Shown: positions 1-10,557 of the stretch, in pieces
Layout: every line of letters starts with the position of its first letter
How positions within the stretch are numbered: position 1 is the first letter of the stretch
Notes under the pieces: generated by a model
What the model saw: only the letters and a program-made list of their open reading frames with translations
What the model was told of the DNA's origin: nothing
The model's database searches: none
Translations under genes and position numbers: made by a program
NCBI GenBank assembly: GCA_905178155.1
Contig: CAJINV010000003.1
Span: 692,517-756,516 of the forward strand
Direction: 5' to 3'
From: Amoebophrya sp. A120
Taxonomy: Eukaryota > Protista > Dinoflagellata
DNA length: 64,000 bases

Positions 1-140
1 GCTTTGCTTTTTCGCTTTGCTTTTTCGCTTTGCTTTTTCGCTTTGCTTTTTCGCGCGAAAAGCTGTCGCCTCATTTCATCGCGCCAAAAACTTTTCGCAT
101 TTCATCGCGCCAAAAACTGCTATCATTTTATCGCGCCAAA
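1..140. repeat. Short tandem repeats: (GCTTT/GCTTTTTTC)n, then three copies of CATTTCATCGCGCCAAAA-like units
   Basis: Directly visible; runs off the window start. Confidence 0.85.
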
Positions 141-188
141 AGCTGTCATCTTGGGAAGAAGCACATCTATCAAACGAGTCCGGGGCCA

Positions 189-1616
189 TCAACTGTTCAA
201 GGCATTCTCAAGAAACCCCCACGCGGGCTGCGTTTTATTTTCCATCAGAGCCACATACTCCGCGGCGGCCTCTACGTGGTCAGGCCACTCCAAGACACCG
301 CCTGCCACGCGGGAGCACTCCTGCCACTCATCGCCAGCCTCCCCCTCGCCCTCGGCGCCTTCGGCGGGGGGCTGCGTGCGCCGATGCCGGCGGAGAAAGT
401 CCAGGTCGGTTTCGCGCAGAAGCAGCGCATGCGTTGCGTCCTTCCCGCGCCGGCCGAACCGGCAGAACTCCTGGTAGAGATCGAGCAACGCGCTAACCTG
501 GTAGTGGATTCCGCGGCGAAGGTCCATGTCGATTCCCGCCCCAAAAGCCTTCGTAGCGACCACGACCAGGCGGCTGCCATCGCCCGCAGCTTTTGCAATG
601 TCCCGGTAGAGAGCGCCTTTGGCTTGTGGCCGCAATCCTCCATGAAAAGCCTTCGCCCCGAGCCGCGCCGCCAATTTTTTGCACCAGCGCCGGGTTAGGA
701 CGAAGATGATGACCGGCCCAGCGCCATTGTTTGCGCCGAACTCCGGGCGTGCCAGCACGCTCTCGAGAAATTCAACCTCCGCGTCATCGGAAAAAACAGA
801 GCCGTCCGGTCTCTTCTCCACCGTCTGCGAAAGATGGGGGCTTGCGGCAAAATGCCGAGAAACCGGAAAGGGCGGCACACTCAACGACGCACCAAGGGAG
901 CGGACGAAGGCGGGCGGCAATGTCGCGGAAAGGAGTACGACCTTGCGCAACCGCTCGCCCAGAGCCAGCTGCGCCCCGACCTCCTTCAGGAGGTCTGCAT
1001 ACGGTCGAAATGCGGCCCACTGCACACAGAGATGCGCCTCATCAAATATGACACACTCGTAGCCATCTTCCCGGAGCGTGGAAACCGGCGCCCTTTCCGG
1101 CGAACAGAAATGGACGGCGTACTTGTCGTGCAGATGCTTCGAGGTTTTCGAAGGAGCCCCGATGCTCGTAGCGACATTTTGCCGGAGCAAACTGTTGACA
1201 GCGTCCAAGAGGTTCTGCTGAAGGGCGACAAGGGGCACCACGAACAAGGTTTTCCGTAATGCGACACGCGCCCGCCCCAACATCGCCCCCAGATGCGCCT
1301 GCGCCGCTGTGTCGCTCGGGATGTCAAAACAGGCCAGCAGGGCAGCATGCGTCTTGCCGCTCCCCGCGCTTGCTGCCCAGGCCACCACAGAGTGGCCCGC
1401 CTGCTCATCGAGAAAGGCCTGCTGCGCCGGCGAAAGGCTCCGGGCGCCTTGCGTTAGTTGCTGGTAGATGGAGCCACGCCGCAAGCCCCCGTCGTCGGAG
1501 ACCTGCGCCGTCGCCAACTCGCACAGACCTGGGGTCTTGCAGTGCTCCGCCCTGCGCCTCTTCGATGAAGGTGCGGCAGCGCTGCGACACGCGCCGCAAG
1601 AGAACTGCAGCGACAT
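189..1616 (-). CDS. RecQ-like SF2 DNA helicase (intronless, core only)
   Basis: Motifs in order: SAGSGKT (I), VVPLVAL (Ia), DEAH (II), LSATLPP (III), FHGGL, VVATKAFGAGID (V), QEFCRFGRRG (VI variant of QExGRAGRDG). Start uncertain. Confidence 0.75.
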   Translation of the reverse strand: MSLQFSCGACRSAAAPSSKRRRAEHCKTPGLCELATAQVSDDGGLRRGSIYQQLTQGARSLSPAQQAFLDEQAGHSVVAWAASAGSGKTHAALLACFDIPSDTAAQAHLGAMLGRARVALRKTLFVVPLVALQQNLLDAVNSLLRQNVATSIGAPSKTSKHLHDKYAVHFCSPERAPVSTLREDGYECVIFDEAHLCVQWAAFRPYADLLKEVGAQLALGERLRKVVLLSATLPPAFVRSLGASLSVPPFPVSRHFAASPHLSQTVEKRPDGSVFSDDAEVEFLESVLARPEFGANNGAGPVIIFVLTRRWCKKLAARLGAKAFHGGLRPQAKGALYRDIAKAAGDGSRLVVVATKAFGAGIDMDLRRGIHYQVSALLDLYQEFCRFGRRGKDATHALLLRETDLDFLRRHRRTQPPAEGAEGEGEAGDEWQECSRVAGGVLEWPDHVEAAAEYVALMENKTQPAWGFLENALNS

Positions 1617-2040
1617 TTTGGGCTAGGTGGCAGCGGTGAAGATCTTTGAAAGCAAAATGCCGCAACTTTCGCACCCCTAGAGAAGAAGAAGAAGAACAAA
1701 GAAGAATAAGAACAAGAAGAAACAGAGATGAAAAGGAACGAAAGAACGAACAAGAAACGAGTAGGCTTGCATCGGTATAAAGAAAAAAACAAGAAGAAAA
1801 AGTGGAAACTGGAACAGGAGCGGAGCCGAATCACGGCGGTGTGGTGCTTCCATGTGTCAAAACGAGCCAGCTAAGTCTGAAAAAAAGCCGAGTCCTTTCT
1901 ATTTTCATGAGTGCTCGCATTACAAATTCATTCTTTTCTTGTTTTGATTGTTTTGCTTTTCACATCACAAACATCAATGAACCCTGTTTCACCCAAACTC
2001 TCTTGCGCGTGTGTAACTTTGTGTTCGTGGCTCAAGACAC

Positions 2041-3884
2041 TTAACGCCAGGCCGTCCGTTACCAAAAACGATTTCAAAACAATTTCAAACTGAATTCAAA
2101 ATGCCAGCGCTTTTGACGTTTTGGAGCGCTTATGTTCCCGCTTGTGCGGATCGTCGAGGGCCGTGCTGTGGCATCTGTGCCCAATTGATAGCGGGTATTG
2201 GGTGCGCCAGCTTCGTGTGGCGCCTGTCTGAGGGATACAGGGGATCTTCGTTGGAGTTGCATTTTCGGAGCTCGCCCAGGTATGACACCAACCCGGCCAA
2301 AATGGCTCGGGCGGCAACACGGGAGCGGGCGGCTTCAAAGGGTCAAAGGAGCCCGCTTCGTCTGCTGATGGCACGTTGCAGGCACGCTGCCTGATGCGCC
2401 GCCTTGTCCCCTAGGCGGGCCAGATGTTCCCATGAAGCGCACCGGTGACGAGACGCGAAGGCCCCGGCGGCTCCCGGGGCGCGAGCGGGGGGCTGGGGGG
2501 GAAATGTGTGCCCGCAACTGCATTTCCACGGCCTTGCTGTTCCGTTCGTTTTTTGTGAGCTGGTGGCAAGTGGCGTTGTGCGGTTGGACATGCTGTGATG
2601 GTTAAGATTGGCATGGGTTGCAGAGGGCGGGGCCCAACCATCAACTGCGTGCCGAGGCAGAGGGCGGAACGCTTTGGGGTTCTCAGGGGATGGCGGCTGG
2701 GTCCAGCCTTCGCCACATGTCAAGGCGATGCGCCCTGACATGTAGCACGAGACGGACCCCGCATTCAATTTCAAAGCGAATCCGTGAATTCAAAGCGAAT
2801 CCGCGAATTCAAACTGAATCCGCGAATTCAAACTGAATCCGCGGCCTTCTCTTCAATTTCAAACCAAATCCGTTGCTTCCTGGAGGGGCCCCACCAATTT
2901 CGAACTGAATCCGAATTGCATCCGAATTCCATCCGATTTCCATCCGAATTCGATTTTCCTAATAAGGAATTGGATTCGGATGAAAAACGGATGGAATTCG
3001 GATTCCGTTTGAAATTGGTTGGATCAATTTAGGGTCCAATCTGATGCCATCTTCTACGATTGCAACAGAGTCTCTGGGCTAGGTTGTACATTTTTTGGCG
3101 CGCGCTGCCGCGCGCGCTAATATCCGCGTGTCTTTCAGTGCCCTTCTCTTTCATTCCGTGTCGGCTCGTTGGCGGCGTGGCGAATTGTGTTTCGTGGGGC
3201 TGTGTTGCAGCCTCTGAACAGCAGAGTGGGTTGTCACAGGTGACGCCGACCGTTTTCGTGCAGCCTTGCTGGTTTGGATTCGATTGAACCTACGCCACCT
3301 GCGCGCGGCCTCTTGGGCGTTTCGGCGAGCGATTTAAAGACGCGGGTCATGGACGGGCGCCGGTGGGGAGCCGGCGTCCCGCATGGAGCGCTTCTGCTCA
3401 GATTGCAAGGCCTTGGCCGTGAATCACATGGGCCCTGCAAGTGCGAGGCCAACAGAGCTGGGGCTTCGTTCATTCGAAAATCTTTGTCGAATGTGGATGA
3501 CCAATCCGGAGCAGCTCCCTCTTCCGTGGTCGTGTTGCATCCTAAGTGCGCTTTCTACTTCTATCTTCTTTTCCCGCTTACGCCGCAAAGCCTTGCCGCG
3601 CTGTTCATCTTCCTTGCCCAGTCTGTACAGAATGTCGCGCGTCTGTCGAGCTTCTCTTCCTGCCGTGCCCGCGGTGGCATCTGTGGCCATGATGAGAGGG
3701 CTTTTGGTCGGAGGCCCTTGCGCAATTGCGTGCGGTCTCTGTGCTTCTGGGTGAGGCATTACAGGCCATGCCCGATGCGTCTCAGCAAGCTTTTCCAACC
3801 GTGTTTTTTTGAAAACTGAGGCATTTTGAATTCAGTTTGAATTCAGTTCGAAATCGAATTACACGACGGCACGGCCAGAGTTAA
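2041..3884. mobile_element. Non-autonomous TIR DNA element (~1.84 kb) with AAGACAC direct repeat
   Basis: Imperfect ~65-bp TIRs: TTAACGCCAGGCCGT...TTCAAACTGAATTCAAAATGCC (2041-2105) vs 3820-3884. Flanked by AAGACAC at 2034-2040 and 3885-3891. Confidence 0.75.
2762..3020. repeat. Internal GAATTC-rich tandem repeats and a ~125-bp imperfect hairpin inside the TIR element
   Basis: GAATTCAAACTGAATCCGC-like units at 2770-2843; CCAATTTCGAAC...GTTTGAAATTGG palindrome at ~2895-3018. Confidence 0.75.
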
Positions 3885-4912
3885 AAGACACTATACGTTG
3901 TAAGACATTGTGTTGACAAGTCCAACAAAGATAAATCAAATGAAGCTCACGCTTCTCTGCTGAAACCTTCGCCACGGGAATTTGTTCTTCCACGGCCGGA
4001 ATCTCGAGTGAACGATCACCAATTTCTTCGACAAGATCGATTAAAAAGAGATCTCGGAGTCGCTAAAAGACAATATAAATCAATGGAAATTTGTTTGTAG
4101 CTGATCAAAGTCAAACGGGCGAGGAGGATGAAATCTGGTGCACCACTAGGCACTATGATTGGTAGTCCTCCACCCTAAACCCAATCTGATGCAGCTCCAC
4201 ACGACGCTATCACTATGTTTGTTCCACTTTGTTGGTACGTGACGTTCTCGCTGCTTTGTCCAGTGTTGTTGTTCATCTTCGATGTGTTTATTCGTTCATC
4301 TTCGCTGTTCGCGCCCTTCATGTCTTTGCGAAGAGGTGGGCTCACCGAATTGAGTGGGTGTCTTGATCTATAGTGATCCTGGTTTTTCGTTTTCCTTGGG
4401 ATGAAGAACAGGTTGGTGCATTATTTCACCCCGATAGTTGCATGCAGTGTGTTTCTCTTTTAAATCTCTCCTGCTCGGCCTCGCAAAAATAAACGTCGAA
4501 GTTTCGTTTTTGCACTGAAAAAACGGCACCGAAATTATGATTTTTTTATGAGACCGTTGAGTGCTGGGAGGTAAAAAGTGAATCACGATGGCACGCTGCG
4601 ATTTGGGGCTTACGTGGCAATAGCGGAAATGTCGCGCTTCGTGTTTTCGGAATGGAGGCAGTCCGCCCGTGGTTGGCGTTGCCTCAGGCAATTCAAGCAA
4701 TGCGACTTGGCTTGCTTGAGGCGGCTGCTGCTTTGTCGGTTCGCCCAGTGCTACGGCGCACGCGGGGCGAACCATTTTGCGTCGCGTTTTTGCGCGCTTT
4801 TTTGCGAATCGCGACGGTATGAAAATTGTTGCAGTCGTCTTTTTGGTGCTCATGTTGAGCCGTTTGCGTGCCCGCGGGCGACGCGTCGCGCTGCGCCATA
4901 CCGCGCGGATGG

Positions 4913-5269
4913 CCTTGCTCTTGCCTTGCTCTTGCCTTGCTCCCGGCTTCTTGCCGTGCTCTTGGCTTGCCTTGCCTTGCCCTCGTGGCTTGCCTTGCCT
5001 TGCCCTCGTGGCTTGCCTTGCCCTCGTGGCTTGCCTTGCCCTCTTCGCTTGCCTTGCCCTCTTGGCTTGCCTTGCTCTCTTGGCTTGCCTTGCCCTCTTG
5101 GCTTGCCTTGCTCTTGGCTTGTTGGCTAGGCCGGCCAAGAGCAGGGCAAGCCAAGAGCACGGCAAGCCGAGCAGGGCAGGACAAGAGCAAGGCAAGCCAA
5201 GAGAGCAAGGCAAGCCAAGAGAGCAAGGCAAGCCAAGAGAGCAAGGCAAGCCAAGAGAGCAAGGCAAGC
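4913..5269. repeat. 18-bp minisatellite (CTTGCCTTGCTCTCTTGG) that inverts orientation at ~5128 and runs into the gap
   Basis: Left array CTTGCCTTGC[C/T]CTC[G/T]TGG; right array CCAAGAGAGCAAGGCAAG is its reverse complement. Confidence 0.9.
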
Positions 5270-6267
5270 NNNNNNNNNNNNNNNNNNNNNNNNNNNNNNN
5301 NNNNNNNNNNNNNNNNNNNNNNNNNNNNNNNNNNNNNNNNNNNNNNNNNNNNNNNNNNNNNNNNNNNNNNNNNNNNNNNNNNNNNNNNNNNNNNNNNNNN
5401 NNNNNNNNNNNNNNNNNNNNNNNNNNNNNNNNNNNNNNNNNNNNNNNNNNNNNNNNNNNNNNNNNNNNNNNNNNNNNNNNNNNNNNNNNNNNNNNNNNNN
5501 NNNNNNNNNNNNNNNNNNNNNNNNNNNNNNNNNNNNNNNNNNNNNNNNNNNNNNNNNNNNNNNNNNNNNNNNNNNNNNNNNNNNNNNNNNNNNNNNNNNN
5601 NNNNNNNNNNNNNNNNNNNNNNNNNNNNNNNNNNNNNNNNNNNNNNNNNNNNNNNNNNNNNNNNNNNNNNNNNNNNNNNNNNNNNNNNNNNNNNNNNNNN
5701 NNNNNNNNNNNNNNNNNNNNNNNNNNNNNNNNNNNNNNNNNNNNNNNNNNNNNNNNNNNNNNNNNNNNNNNNNNNNNNNNNNNNNNNNNNNNNNNNNNNN
5801 NNNNNNNNNNNNNNNNNNNNNNNNNNNNNNNNNNNNNNNNNNNNNNNNNNNNNNNNNNNNNNNNNNNNNNNNNNNNNNNNNNNNNNNNNNNNNNNNNNNN
5901 NNNNNNNNNNNNNNNNNNNNNNNNNNNNNNNNNNNNNNNNNNNNNNNNNNNNNNNNNNNNNNNNNNNNNNNNNNNNNNNNNNNNNNNNNNNNNNNNNNNN
6001 NNNNNNNNNNNNNNNNNNNNNNNNNNNNNNNNNNNNNNNNNNNNNNNNNNNNNNNNNNNNNNNNNNNNNNNNNNNNNNNNNNNNNNNNNNNNNNNNNNNN
6101 NNNNNNNNNNNNNNNNNNNNNNNNNNNNNNNNNNNNNNNNNNNNNNNNNNNNNNNNNNNNNNNNNNNNNNNNNNNNNNNNNNNNNNNNNNNNNNNNNNNN
6201 NNNNNNNNNNNNNNNNNNNNNNNNNNNNNNNNNNNNNNNNNNNNNNNNNNNNNNNNNNNNNNNNNNN
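5270..6267. other. Assembly gap (998 N)
   Basis: Run of N. Confidence 1.
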
Positions 6268-6954
6268 CGCGAACAGAGCGCGAGCACTGTGTTCGCGCTC
6301 TGTTCGCGGCGCCGTAGCAGGCGGATTAGCCGCCAAAAAGGGCACGCGCGAACACGCGAACGCCGAGAACACCCAAATCCGCGGATTTCGGTGATTCATC
6401 CGGTGTGGCCGACTCGGTCAAATCCGGCTTCGACCTCTTAAGCGAGCCCGTACCATCGGGGGAAGGGTTGTGCTTGTGGTTTCTGGCAAGATTTTGACGT
6501 TGCACAAAAACGACAGCCCGGGAACCCAGCGCACCGTCGGGGTTGCGTTCCCGCAACCATCTGAAATGGCGTGCATGAAATAGCTGAAGCACGGTGCTAC
6601 TACGCCACTTGTTACACAAGTGGTTTTGCCCCAATCACGGTGCTAGTGCGTTTTTCTTTACCTCCCCCCAGTCAACCTTCTCTTTTTTATTCCTTGAAGT
6701 TGAAACAAAGAAACGACGGTGGAACGAAGTAAAAATATAAGAATATACACAATCTCCATCTACTGCTGGCTCTGAGTGAAGCAGCAGCCCAAAAGACGCT
6801 GCACCGAAAACTACAGGGTGGCTTACGTGTACTTTTGCTTCTTTTTCTAGAAAATACAGTATCAATAATGACGAGGACGACGATGTAAGTAGGTCGTCGT
6901 TCTTGTATCTTTCCTTTGCTGGACAAAATCAAAAAGAAGAAAACGCAACAAATT

Positions 6955-9006
6955 ATGGCCGCTGTTGCAGCTTCTGACGTCGGAGTTAATGTGGTGTGGA
7001 GCTTTGTCCGCCTGAAGCACGTTAACCGCGTGCCCATTCACGAGGCCCTGGTCTGCGCTCTCTGCCTGCTGCGAGAATCGACCACGCCCTCTCATCACGC
7101 CCGGGCACTGAAAGCCTTAGGCACTTTGGGGTATTGGCGCTCAGCATGGGCTGCCTACAATCTTGTGAAAGAACGCGGATCTTCGATGGGGGTTGTGTCG
7201 GAGGTACGCCAAATGGTGCTCTCGGCTACGCTGAATGCCATGGCAAAAGCTGGGCAGTGGCGTGCATGTGAAGCGGTCGTTAAGGAGCAAGAGGAGCTCA
7301 CTGTGTCCTCTCATGAGGATCGCGATCATGGATGCGTCGACAGCGATAGCAAGGCCAAGGCCGCCGTGCAGTCACTTTCGGGCCGCCCATTTCTTCTCTC
7401 CGTGGATTGTTGCAATGCAGTGCTGCATGCGTACGCGGTGACTGGAGAACACATCCGAGCGATCAAGTTTTTTTCGGCGCAGACCAACGCGAGAAGCCCA
7501 CAAGCGTACACGAGCCTAATGCAGGCCTGCGAAAAGGCGGGCGACTTCGTCGCCGCTCGGAAAGTATTTGAGTTGCAAATGGGGAGCCTAGTTGCGGCCG
7601 CCGGAGCAGGGAGGGAGAAGGCTGAGCCTGAGGCCTCGAGTATGGCAGACGGTCTAAAAATAAGCGACGGCAGTTGCCCTGAAAAGAATTTCGATATGGT
7701 CCAGCTTGCCAGCATGATCGCAAATTGTGCAAAAACTGGGGATTCAGAAACCGCTCTGAAACTTCTGGCTTTGGCAGAAGGTCACCAAAGAACTAGCGAG
7801 AAAGCGAACCTGATGAAACATTCACCTGGAAGCTCAACAGCAAGCAACCACTTGCATTGCAGTTCATCGTCTTCATCATCGCCTGGACCACCGCCCACTT
7901 CGTTATCTGTGGAAAAAAATCCTATACCAGACGAGAAGAAGAAGAACTTGGCTACCACGCCTGCTGCTCCTGATCTTGTACTGTACACCTCCACTTTAGT
8001 TGCGTGTGAGCGCGCTGGACGTTGGGAAGACGCCCTGGAGGTGTTGCAGCGGATGCGTCAGAAGCAAGTCGATCATTTCCTGCCTACGCGACGTGCGAAG
8101 GCACCCAAAACCGGGCTCTCGTCCTGTTTCTTCATCTGCATCGCCGCCTGCGAGAAAGCAAGAAAGTTTTCCCACAGCGAGGACCTGGTGCGCGAAATGC
8201 AACACTTGAAACTCATCCGCACCACGCCGGGGAGGCAGCTGCGTCAGCAGGGCAGCGAGGAGGACCACGTCGCGGAAACCTTTCCATGGACCGGAATTGG
8301 GTCCTCTTTCGACAAGGTGGATACTTCTAGCTGCTCGAACAACGAGCATCTTTCGACGGCAGCGCCGCTTATTCCGGCACCAGCCCTCTTCGATTGGGAA
8401 GACAACTCTAGTTTCGACTCCTGTGCGAACCGTTCGACATCAGATGGAAGTACTGGGACCAGAACATCAGCATCTTGGTCGTCCTCGGAAACCGCTTTTT
8501 CTGGGGGAGCAAGCGCCTCTCGTGATCGTCTCAGTCCCCGTCCCGCCAGTGGTCCACCCTCTACCACGAAGATAGGTGCGCGCACGGACAGGACCGCGAC
8601 ATCATGTGCCCAACAGGATCACCATGACGTACTAGATCAAGATCATCTCGCGGCTGATGCGGATGACTCACGTTTGTCTTTTTCATCTGAGCCGCTAGTT
8701 TTCGATTTGCACGGACTTCCTGCCGCAGCCGCTCGCGCCATGGTTCGTGTGGTGATTGCGAAGGAGTGCGGCACCGGGCTGGATTTGGTTTTTGTTACCG
8801 GCAGAGAGTCGCACTCCAAAGCGACCACCCTAACAAAACATCGGTTGCGACCGGCGCTGGAACGAATGTTGCGCGCTGAATTGGGATTGTCCTGTCGCGC
8901 GCTTCCAGGAAATGATGGGCGGTTGCTGGTGACAGGAGCATCGCTCGAGAGTCGGAGACGACAGGTGCGGCGCAACGAAGAAGGAGCTGCTCATGATCAT
9001 CAGTAA
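6955..9006 (+). CDS. PPR-repeat protein with C-terminal Smr domain
   Basis: PPR-like units (AYTSLMQACEKAGDFVAARKVF; YTSTLVACERAGRWEDALEVLQRM; CCNAVLHAYAVTGE) and Smr motifs DLHGL...VTGRESHS...GNDGRLLV. Upstream exons possible. Confidence 0.85.
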   Translation: MAAVAASDVGVNVVWSFVRLKHVNRVPIHEALVCALCLLRESTTPSHHARALKALGTLGYWRSAWAAYNLVKERGSSMGVVSEVRQMVLSATLNAMAKAGQWRACEAVVKEQEELTVSSHEDRDHGCVDSDSKAKAAVQSLSGRPFLLSVDCCNAVLHAYAVTGEHIRAIKFFSAQTNARSPQAYTSLMQACEKAGDFVAARKVFELQMGSLVAAAGAGREKAEPEASSMADGLKISDGSCPEKNFDMVQLASMIANCAKTGDSETALKLLALAEGHQRTSEKANLMKHSPGSSTASNHLHCSSSSSSSPGPPPTSLSVEKNPIPDEKKKNLATTPAAPDLVLYTSTLVACERAGRWEDALEVLQRMRQKQVDHFLPTRRAKAPKTGLSSCFFICIAACEKARKFSHSEDLVREMQHLKLIRTTPGRQLRQQGSEEDHVAETFPWTGIGSSFDKVDTSSCSNNEHLSTAAPLIPAPALFDWEDNSSFDSCANRSTSDGSTGTRTSASWSSSETAFSGGASASRDRLSPRPASGPPSTTKIGARTDRTATSCAQQDHHDVLDQDHLAADADDSRLSFSSEPLVFDLHGLPAAAARAMVRVVIAKECGTGLDLVFVTGRESHSKATTLTKHRLRPALERMLRAELGLSCRALPGNDGRLLVTGASLESRRRQVRRNEEGAAHDHQ

Positions 9007-10557
9007 AAACCTGCACTATGATCGTTGTTTCACGACGACGACAACGCGCCCATTGTGGGGCGCAGATGCAGAAAAGTCGTGGTCATTCTGCCGTGTGATA
9101 GGTTCTTGGTGAAGGTGTAGAAGTTATTCTGTGCATCACTTGAGTCAACGTCCATCTGTTTCTGTTTCTTTATGCCTTTGTGGTCACCATTTCCGTTACA
9201 GTTCAGATGTCCTCGTCCTTCCTCCTCCATTTCTAGTATTCGTATTGGTAGCGCTACTACTACTAGTAGCGCTCTTATTTTTATTGTTTGCGCCATTTGC
9301 AGCGTGCTTGCTGCAGGGACCTAGTTTTTGCTACAGAGAGAATGACACAGCGATTACTTACAGGCAAGCGCAAGCGACTACAACATTATGAGAAGTATTC
9401 AAAAAGATCAAGATCCTTTTAAGTTCAAGTAGAGTTGTCAAACGAATTCGATATCGAAATCGGAAATGAACCATTTTTTGCCATATCAATGCAGAGAGTC
9501 ATTGATGATGATGCTGCAAGACCAAGAGCACCCTGTCCTTGAAGACAGTTAATGTTCACGTAGAAGTCTTCTAACTCTAAAGCTAAACTCATCCATGTGC
9601 AACGAGAACAAAACAGGACCGCGTTCGACTTCTCACTTCTAGTAAGTAGGTTTTAGAAGTGTAGATGAGAGAACAAGAAGATATTAAACAGTGGTCAGTG
9701 TGTATCTATGTAGTCTTCGTGTTGGATCAGTGTGTCAGCACGTGGCCGCGTCGGAGGTTTCTCTTTCTTCAAAAAGAACAAAATGCAAAAGCGGTAAGGG
9801 CAGATTTGAATTTGTGTCTGGTCCTCAAATTACGTCGGTCTGCGCGTCAAGAAGATATCCAAGAATCCCAAAAGCGAATAAATCTGAAGCAGGCCGTGTA
9901 CTACCATAAAAGTAAAAGTCAATGTGAGTGTGGTGCTCGTGTCAAATTAGAAATTAAACATAAACAATTCTGAAGTTGTTCCTCTACTTCATGAACTTCA
10001 CCATGTCTATTTTCAATAGATAATCGCTTGAGAAAAAAATCTGCGACTGCTGCAGCGTCGACGATTTTGATGACGAAGACATATTTATTACGAGCCTGCT
10101 TTTGAGGAGTCGTGGCTTCAAATGTTGACATCAGTAATGATCCAGGACCGCCGCGCCCGGCTTCATGGTGGCCCTATATCACATAGGTACGCCAGAAGTG
10201 CAGCTGGCAGGTCTAGTTTTAGGAGTTCGCCGTACTTTGATTTGTGGCGAGAAACGTCGACAGACATCAGCATCACAAGAATTATATCAATGTCTTGGAG
10301 AACGAGAAGTTGAAGTTGTAGGGGAGGCCCGCCCCGGGAGCGGAGGTAGTTCGTGCGGCGTTGATATTAACCGCCGGCAGTGCAAGAGCCGGTTCTTGTC
10401 CTCGGTACGTCCTTTGTGGTCCTCTACTACATTTCCATTGCGGCTCGCGGAGGAAGAACTACTAGGGTAATGAAGCAGTAACTTGTAGTCCGCTCGCCTG
10501 CCGGGGACTTCTTGTACCAGCGGCCTCTACTTACCTTCGCTCCACCGCGTTTGCAAG

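Noticed and set aside
2028-2036. TGGCTCAAG, matching the 3' end of the dinoflagellate spliced leader
   Set aside because: Only 9 nt match, the upstream bases disagree and no gene follows; compatible with chance.
2041-3884. piggyBac assignment based on TTAA at both ends
   Set aside because: The TTAA is flanked by a longer direct repeat (AAGACAC) and the ends lack piggyBac-type CC...GG termini; superfamily left open.
2762-5269. CRISPR-like array
   Set aside because: The repeats are contiguous without unique spacers, there are no cas genes and the context is eukaryotic.
4368-6441. 500-640 aa ORFs in the ORF track
   Set aside because: They consist of minisatellite translation plus the N gap.
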